Origin: an uncultured Bacteroidota bacterium
Lineage (GTDB): Bacteria; Bacteroidota; Bacteroidia; Chitinophagales; Chitinophagaceae
Direction: 5' to 3'
DNA: 44,902 nucleotides
Assembly: GCA_903871575.1 (NCBI GenBank)
Contig: CAIQHJ010000057.1
Coordinates: 1 to 44,902 of the forward strand
A model generated the notes under the pieces. It was not told the DNA's origin, did not search any database, and saw only the letters and a list, made by a program, of their open reading frames with translations. The translations under genes and the position numbers were made by a program. The first letter of the stretch is position 1. Each line of letters begins with the position of its first letter. Positions 39,011 through 44,902 of the stretch are shown here, piece after piece.

Positions 39011-39961
39011 ATGAAAAAAGTTACATTTTTTTGTTGTTGGATGCTGATTAGTCAGCTTGCATTTACACAACAGTTCAAGCCATCAGAAAAAAAAGCGTTT
39101 CAGCAAATGGAAGATTCGATGCTGCCCATTGCATTGAATATCTTACAAGGAAGTTCAACCGAAATTATCGTTGAGTCTGATAGTCTGTTTACTAAAATGC
39201 TGGTTCGCGCACTCAAAAAAAACAATTCTTTTTATTATCCTTTTGATTCATTGTTTACCATATCTATTCAATACGCACCAGATAGCAGCTTCCGAATATT
39301 TTCTTGGCAGGTATCCGTTAACGAAAGTTCTATACGACAACATGGTGCCATTCAAATGAAAACAACAGATGGCCAATTGCAGTTGATACCATTGATAGAC
39401 AAGTCAGATTACATTCAAAATGTTGAAGACACCATCACCAACAATACCGCGTGGATAGGCGCTATTTATTACAAGATTGTGATGAACGAATACAACAATA
39501 TTAAATATTACAGTTTGCTTGGGTTTGATGGCAATTCGATCAGCAGCAATCGAAAATACATAGAAGTGATGCACTTTGAAAATGGTCGTCCTATTTTTGG
39601 CGGCTCACATTTTAGCATTCCAAATGATGGCTTACAGCCCAAAAATCCTGCACGTTTTGTAATGGAATATAAAAAGGATGCAGGACCCAAATTGAATTAT
39701 GATGAAGACTTGCAAATCATAGTAATGGAGCATTTAATATCAGAATCCAATGAACCGAACAAAAAATATACATTGATTGGCGATGGAGACTACGAAGGAT
39801 TTAAATGGGTAAATGGCAAGTGGACGTACATCAATAAAGTATTCCATGAAATAACCCCAGAAGGTAATGCCCCAATTCCTACACCCATTAGAGACGATGC
39901 AGGCAAAATAGATGAGCGCAAATTAAAGGGAGGAGCCGAGGATGAACAGAAAAAACCTTAA
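39011..39961 (+). CDS. Exported hypothetical protein
   Basis: 316-aa ORF with MKK signal peptide; no recognised catalytic motif. Confidence 0.75.
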   Translation: MKKVTFFCCWMLISQLAFTQQFKPSEKKAFQQMEDSMLPIALNILQGSSTEIIVESDSLFTKMLVRALKKNNSFYYPFDSLFTISIQYAPDSSFRIFSWQVSVNESSIRQHGAIQMKTTDGQLQLIPLIDKSDYIQNVEDTITNNTAWIGAIYYKIVMNEYNNIKYYSLLGFDGNSISSNRKYIEVMHFENGRPIFGGSHFSIPNDGLQPKNPARFVMEYKKDAGPKLNYDEDLQIIVMEHLISESNEPNKKYTLIGDGDYEGFKWVNGKWTYINKVFHEITPEGNAPIPTPIRDDAGKIDERKLKGGAEDEQKKP

Positions 39962-39965
39962 CTTT

Positions 39966-41234
39966 TTAGAGTTGCGTTTTCCTTCTGATGGCATCCATTT
40001 CGTCTTCTGGAAAATGACGATATCTAAACAACAATGGAAAGAACACTACCAGCACCATTGCATATCCTGCAAACGCAAACCATATGCTTGGCCAATCTTT
40101 AAATTCATTGGGAGTGCCCATATCTGCAGTGAAATAATCTACTACCCAACCACTACCATAACTGCCTATGATTGCACCCAATCCATTGGTAACCATCATA
40201 AACAATCCTTGTGCGCTAGCTCTCATGCTGCCTGGCGTTTCTTTCTCAATAAATAAAGAACCGGAAATATTGAAAAAATCAAAAGCCATTCCATAAACAA
40301 TCATCGAAGCCACCAAGAAAATCATACCATTACCAGGATCTCCAATACCAAACAAAGCAAAACGGAGCACCCATGCAATCATACTGAACAACATAACCAT
40401 TTTAATTCCAAACTTTTTCAAGAAAAAAGGAATGGTGAGAATAAACACGGTTTCAGATACTTGAGATAAAGACAGCATCACCAAATCGTGTTTTACAACA
40501 AAAGAATTTGGGTAGTCTTTCGCGAAATCCATTAAAAAACTGCCGCCAAAAGTATTGGTAATTTGCAATGCCGCACCCAATAGCATAGAGAAAAGAAAGA
40601 AAACAAAGAACTTCTCTTGTTTCAATAATACAAAAGCATCTAAACCCAATTGAGCAGTTAATGATGATTTTTTTTCAGTTTGTAAAGGCGGGCAAGCCGG
40701 CATACTCAAACTGTATAATCCCATGCCGATGGCAGCAGCAGCCGCCACATAAAATTGAAGATTTGATTTTGAAAATCCCGTTAAATCTACAAACCACATC
40801 GCAACAATAAAACCTATGGTACCCCAAACCCTAATGGGAGGAAATGACTTTTGAACGTCTAAACCATTATTAGATAGAATTCTGTAGCAAACCGCATTGT
40901 TAAGTGCAATGGTGGGCATATATGCCATCGAGTTCAACAACATCACCCAAAACATGATGGCAGGTGATTGAACAAATGAAGCCACTATTAAACAAATGGC
41001 GCCAATAAGATGAGTAATGCCCAACAACCTTTCTGCATTCATAAATCGATCGGCCACAATACCCATGACTGCAGGCATGATTAGCGAAGCAATGCCTAGA
41101 GTAGAAAACACGCTACCTATTTGAATACCGCTAAATCCGATTGAAAATAAATAACTGCCCGTAGAGATGAGCCAAGATCCCCAAATAAAAAATTGCAGGA
41201 AACTTAAAACAATGAGCCGCTGTTTTATGTTCAT
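39966..41234 (-). CDS. nupG: Nucleoside:H+ symporter (MFS, NupG/XapB family)
   Basis: FLQFFIWGSW, FPPIRVWGTIGFI, SQVSE, YGMAFDFFNISG, RASAQG. Confidence 0.88.
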   Translation of the reverse strand: MNIKQRLIVLSFLQFFIWGSWLISTGSYLFSIGFSGIQIGSVFSTLGIASLIMPAVMGIVADRFMNAERLLGITHLIGAICLIVASFVQSPAIMFWVMLLNSMAYMPTIALNNAVCYRILSNNGLDVQKSFPPIRVWGTIGFIVAMWFVDLTGFSKSNLQFYVAAAAAIGMGLYSLSMPACPPLQTEKKSSLTAQLGLDAFVLLKQEKFFVFFLFSMLLGAALQITNTFGGSFLMDFAKDYPNSFVVKHDLVMLSLSQVSETVFILTIPFFLKKFGIKMVMLFSMIAWVLRFALFGIGDPGNGMIFLVASMIVYGMAFDFFNISGSLFIEKETPGSMRASAQGLFMMVTNGLGAIIGSYGSGWVVDYFTADMGTPNEFKDWPSIWFAFAGYAMVLVVFFPLLFRYRHFPEDEMDAIRRKTQL

Positions 41235-41363
41235 AGTATATTGGTTGTGGTTTTAAGTTGCCTAAGTTATCAATTTTATTTTAATCAAATGGAAACCTTG
41301 AAAAAAATCATGAAAACATCACATAGTCAATATAAAATTATAGCCAAAGAAATTAATCATTTG

Positions 41364-41371
41364 TAAATTTG
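41364..41371 (+). promoter_or_regulatory. -7 box for mqnE
   Basis: TAAATTTG 16 nt before ATG 41388. Confidence 0.6.
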
Positions 41372-41387
41372 TAAAAAGTATCGCTTC

Positions 41388-42515
41388 ATGACGCATTCGA
41401 TTGTTAACAAGATTTCCGACCCTATACTCGAGCTTATTGCTCAAAAAGTTTATAACGACGAACGCATTTCTGATGAAGATGCTTTGCATCTTTTCAACCA
41501 TGGTTCTTTAGCATTTGTAGGCAGCTTGGCAAACTATATCAGAGAAAAAAAGCATGGCAATACCACTTATTTCAACCGCAATTTCCATATTGAACCCACC
41601 AACATTTGTGTTTTTAGTTGTGCATTTTGCTCCTACTCTCAACTCTATGCGCAAAGAGCCGATGGCTGGGAATTGAGTATCGACCAAATGGTAGACATTG
41701 TAAAAAGCTATGATGGAAAACCTATCACAGAAGTGCATATTGTAGGCGGTGTTCATCCCAAAATGAACATGGATTATTTCATTGAACTCATTCAAAAAAT
41801 CAGGGCTCATCGACCAGACTTACACATCAAAGCATTCACAGCTGTTGAGTTGGATTATATGTTTAGAAAAGCCAAACTCAGTGTGGAAGATGGCTTGAAA
41901 CAATTGATGGCAGCTGGTTTACAATCGCTCCCGGGTGGAGGTGCAGAAATTTTTCACCCATCAATAAGAGAGAAAATAGCCGGAGATAAAGTTACAGGTG
42001 AAGGCTGGCTTCAGATTCATGAAACGGCTCATCAACTTGGCATGCACAGCAACGCAACGATGCTTTATGGACACATTGAAACTTACGAACATCGCATCGA
42101 CCACATGCGTAAACTGCGCGACCTGCAAGACAGAACAAAAGGATTTAATACCTTTATACCTTTGAAATTTAGAAACAGTGACAACGACATGAGCCATATT
42201 CAAGAGTCTACGATAACTGAAGACATGCGACTATATGCTATTGCTAGAATTTATTTAGATAACTTTTCGCATTTGAAAGCATATTGGCCAATGCTTGGAA
42301 GGCAAAACGCACAGTTAACCTTATCCTTTGGCGTGAATGATATTGATGGAACCATAGACGATACAACAAAAATTTATTCAATGGCAGGAAGTGAAGAGCA
42401 AACCCCTACCATGACAACAGAGGAACTGGTTGCACTGATCAAACAATCTAAAAGAAGACCTGTAGAGCGAGATACCTTATACAATATTGTAAACGATTTT
42501 GGAGAATCAAACTAA
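41388..42515 (+). CDS. mqnE: Aminofutalosine synthase (radical SAM, futalosine menaquinone pathway)
   Basis: TNICVFSCAFC (CxxxCxxC), PGGGAEIF, NATMLYGHIE, HLKAYW (MqnE-type rather than MqnC QASW). Confidence 0.85.
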   Translation: MTHSIVNKISDPILELIAQKVYNDERISDEDALHLFNHGSLAFVGSLANYIREKKHGNTTYFNRNFHIEPTNICVFSCAFCSYSQLYAQRADGWELSIDQMVDIVKSYDGKPITEVHIVGGVHPKMNMDYFIELIQKIRAHRPDLHIKAFTAVELDYMFRKAKLSVEDGLKQLMAAGLQSLPGGGAEIFHPSIREKIAGDKVTGEGWLQIHETAHQLGMHSNATMLYGHIETYEHRIDHMRKLRDLQDRTKGFNTFIPLKFRNSDNDMSHIQESTITEDMRLYAIARIYLDNFSHLKAYWPMLGRQNAQLTLSFGVNDIDGTIDDTTKIYSMAGSEEQTPTMTTEELVALIKQSKRRPVERDTLYNIVNDFGESN

Positions 42516-42528
42516 AATATAAATAACC

Positions 42529-42786
42529 ATGGCTTGTCAATTTTCTATTCAATTTTCTGGATCTGCAGATGAAATTTTACAAAAAGCAAAACATGCCGTA
42601 GTTGCGCAAGGCGGTTCTTTTGAAGGCGATTTGCAGTCAGGAAATTTTGACGTGAGCTTACTTTCAAATAGAGTTGCGGGTAGTTACATTGTTTCGAACC
42701 AACAGCTCGACTTAACAATCACCGAAAAACCGATGTTCATCCCTTGCAATGCCATCGAAAGTTTTTTAATTAGCAAGTTGACTTAA
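42529..42786 (+). CDS. Small hypothetical protein (85 aa)
   Basis: ATG 13 nt after the mqnE stop; fills the gap to the convergent gene. Confidence 0.7.
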   Translation: MACQFSIQFSGSADEILQKAKHAVVAQGGSFEGDLQSGNFDVSLLSNRVAGSYIVSNQQLDLTITEKPMFIPCNAIESFLISKLT

Positions 42787-42791
42787 CGTTG

Positions 42792-43202
42792 CTAAATTAG
42801 CTGAAGAACACTGAGCATTTCTCTTACTTTTTTCCAATCAACATAAGGCCTTTCTTGTTTGTCATCAGGATAAATTAATGGACAGCCCAATGCCGCATCA
42901 TCAATGTATAATTGCGCATAGGCTTTTGGCGAATTTGTCCATTCCGTTTGTGTTGGATTTGCTTGAACTCCGTATAAAGGAATGTTGTTTTTTTTAAACC
43001 ATAACAATGCATCCGTTAGAAATGTTTCCTGATAAAGCATTCCATCCACAAGTACATCACGATCACTTCTCATGGTGAAAAGAATTAACTGATGACCATT
43101 TTCTACCAAAGCTTTTAAAACCGACTCGGCACCGATTGACTTTCCGATTTCAGGATAGTCGTGTGTTACACAAGTGCCATCAAAATCAATACAAATTTCC
43201 AT
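42792..43202 (-). CDS. Minimal HAD-superfamily hydrolase
   Basis: IDFDGT motif I, LILFTMR motif II, K..AQLYIDD motifs III/IV. Confidence 0.8.
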   Translation of the reverse strand: MEICIDFDGTCVTHDYPEIGKSIGAESVLKALVENGHQLILFTMRSDRDVLVDGMLYQETFLTDALLWFKKNNIPLYGVQANPTQTEWTNSPKAYAQLYIDDAALGCPLIYPDDKQERPYVDWKKVREMLSVLQLI

Positions 43203-43206
43203 TGGT

Positions 43207-43214
43207 CAAAAATA
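43207..43214 (-). promoter_or_regulatory. -7 box directly upstream of the HAD gene
   Basis: Minus strand TATTTTTG with 4 nt between it and the ATG. Confidence 0.5.
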
Positions 43215-43216
43215 GC

Positions 43217-43250
43217 AATAAAAAACCCCGAAAAATCGGGGTCTTTTATT
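43217..43250 (-). terminator. Intrinsic terminator of the OmpA gene
   Basis: Minus strand CCCCGA-tttt-TCGGGG-TTTTTT, 18-50 nt past the stop. Confidence 0.85.
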
Positions 43251-43268
43251 CAGTATGTCATTTAGATT

Positions 43269-44606
43269 TTAGTGGTTTCTTACTGTCAATTCAGTTCTTC
43301 TGTTTTTTGCACGGCCCGCTGCAGTTTTGTTATCTGCAATTGGTCTTTCAGAACCGAAACCAGCAGCAGTGATGCGGCCTTCAGCAATACCTTTAGACAT
43401 GAAGTATTTTTTTACAGATTCAGATCTTTCTTGAGACAATGCTTTATTTCTTTCAGCATTACCTTCTGTGTCGCTATGTCCAGCGATATCAATCATTAAA
43501 GAATTATCACCATTTAACAAAGTAACCAATTCGTTTAATGACTTAAATGAAGAAGGCAAAATTTTTGCGCTACCTGTTCCGTATTGAATACTTTTAGCTG
43601 CAAAATTCACTTTTTCGATAACCGCTTTTTCAATTTCAGGACAACCCATGTTGCTAGCTGGACCTGCTACTGAAGGACATTTATCTTCTTCGTCATTTAC
43701 ACCATCTTTATCGGTATCAGGAATAGCGCAACCTTGGTAACGAGCCAATCCTTTTTCTGAAGGACATTTATCTTGTTCGTCGTTGATGCCATCTCCATCT
43801 GTATCTGGAATAGGGCAACCCGCATATTTAGCAGTTCCGGCAATAGTTGGACACTTATCTTGCTCATCATTCAAACCATCTGCATCAGTATCAGGAATTG
43901 GACAACCTTTGTATTTCTCAGTACCAGCAACATCTGGACATTTATCATCTGTATCCAAAACGCCATCTTTATCGCGATCAACAACTGGTGGTGGTGGTGG
44001 CGGAACTACAACAGCTGGTTTTTCTTTTCCCATTGTTTGGGCAATGCCTATAGAATGAAAAACATTGTCTTTTAATACATCTGTAGTTAAAGAAAAACGA
44101 TATTGTGTTTGCAACATTACTGTTGTTGTACTGCTCAAGCAAGCACTTAATCCGAAACCTGTTGGCACATAAGCACCATATTTATTGCTGTAATTACCAG
44201 CGCCTACACCTATTGTTGCAAATGCATTGAAGATGTTGGTTTGAGGATATAATTTTGCGTTAATGGAAGGCTCAATTTCAACACCAACCAAGTTTAATTT
44301 ATTAGAATATACTTTTCTATCAACTGCAGCATAATTATGAAACATAACAGTTGCCTTAGTAGAGAAATCTAAATTGTGGCAAAGCGACTGCCAATAAGAT
44401 ACAGAGAATCCTAAATCTGATTCTTTAATCCCGGCAAGTGTTTTTGGACCGCTATTGGCTTTCCAAATTTCAGGAGTGCTTACATCTAATGCATTAATAT
44501 GCATCCCAATCATACGGGTTTTGGTGCATACTGCTTTTTCTTTTTGAGCAAAAGCTACAGAAGCCAAAGCTAAAAAAGTTAAAAAAATGGTGAGTTTTTG
44601 TTTCAT
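43269..44606 (-). CDS. OmpA-family outer membrane protein with thrombospondin type-3-like repeats
   Basis: Signal peptide from ATG 44606 (MKQKLT); beta-barrel, PPPPPP linker, four DxDxDG..D..DKCP repeats, GHSD..G...N..LS..R and NRRTE peptidoglycan-binding motifs. Confidence 0.93.
   Translation of the reverse strand: MKQKLTIFLTFLALASVAFAQKEKAVCTKTRMIGMHINALDVSTPEIWKANSGPKTLAGIKESDLGFSVSYWQSLCHNLDFSTKATVMFHNYAAVDRKVYSNKLNLVGVEIEPSINAKLYPQTNIFNAFATIGVGAGNYSNKYGAYVPTGFGLSACLSSTTTVMLQTQYRFSLTTDVLKDNVFHSIGIAQTMGKEKPAVVVPPPPPPVVDRDKDGVLDTDDKCPDVAGTEKYKGCPIPDTDADGLNDEQDKCPTIAGTAKYAGCPIPDTDGDGINDEQDKCPSEKGLARYQGCAIPDTDKDGVNDEEDKCPSVAGPASNMGCPEIEKAVIEKVNFAAKSIQYGTGSAKILPSSFKSLNELVTLLNGDNSLMIDIAGHSDTEGNAERNKALSQERSESVKKYFMSKGIAEGRITAAGFGSERPIADNKTAAGRAKNRRTELTVRNH
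43645..43980 (-). repeat. Four 29-aa TSP3-like Ca-binding repeats (87 nt period)
   Basis: DRDKDGVLDTDDKCP, DTDADGLNDEQDKCP, DTDGDGINDEQDKCP, DTDKDGVNDEEDKCP. Confidence 0.92.
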
Positions 44607-44674
44607 AAAATTTTTTTTTGGTTTAAAATGTTGTCTCATTGGGATACGAAAAATTATTGATTCTTAAACTATTG

Positions 44675-44682
44675 CAAATATA
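44675..44682 (-). promoter_or_regulatory. -7 box for the OmpA gene
   Basis: Minus strand TATATTTG. Confidence 0.65.
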
Positions 44683-44811
44683 AAGCGTATTGATACATGT
44701 TCTCATAATTTTTATATGATTAATATGCGACATGATGCTATCATAAAATCTATGTTAAAAAAAATCGAGCAACTAATTGAGCCTGACCCTAGATTTTTAA
44801 GAATTTCATCT

Positions 44812-44819
44812 TATATTTG
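44812..44819 (+). promoter_or_regulatory. -7 box for tRNA-Arg
   Basis: TATATTTG 21 nt before the tRNA. Confidence 0.7.
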
Positions 44820-44840
44820 CCACCCTAAAATAAGTGATCT

Positions 44841-44902
<62 letters not shown>

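Noticed and set aside
38803-39051. 82-aa ORF bridging gmhB and the hypothetical gene
   Set aside because: Overlaps both neighbours and has no motif
43645-43980. Periodic DNA repeats as a CRISPR array
   Set aside because: 87-nt coding repeats of TSP3-like motifs in OmpA; no spacers or cas genes

Overview
AT-rich Bacteroidota window, Chitinophagaceae-like by gene content and TAnnTTTG promoters (inferred). Left two-thirds (1-30740) is one polysaccharide utilisation locus for a polyuronate. A ~22 kb minus-strand run encodes PL17 exo-lyase, KdgF, a 1149-aa T9SS surface protein, a PL38-like lyase, SusC/SusD, two tandem secreted esterases, a multidomain PL6 lyase, a sulfatase, an unclassified beta-helix T9SS protein and KdgK. 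A divergent lacI-kduI-kduD unit follows. A giant repeat-rich secreted protein (at least 1750 codons, 1-5250, minus, running off the left edge) is missing from the ORF track and shares a 16-bp operator-like motif with the PUL promoter region. The best candidate for an undescribed system is this PUL: alginate-type lyases combined with esterases, a sulfatase and the KduI/KduD (GlcA/GalA/IdoA) route suggest an O-acetylated and/or sulfated polyuronate such as bacterial alginate or glucuronan. The right third is mostly housekeeping: PAP2, degenerate pyrC, DUF4199, GT2, GT4, GDP-heptose genes, nucleoside permease, mqnE, HAD protein, OmpA and a truncated tRNA-Arg(UCU). Family calls come from motif recognition only; no searches were run.
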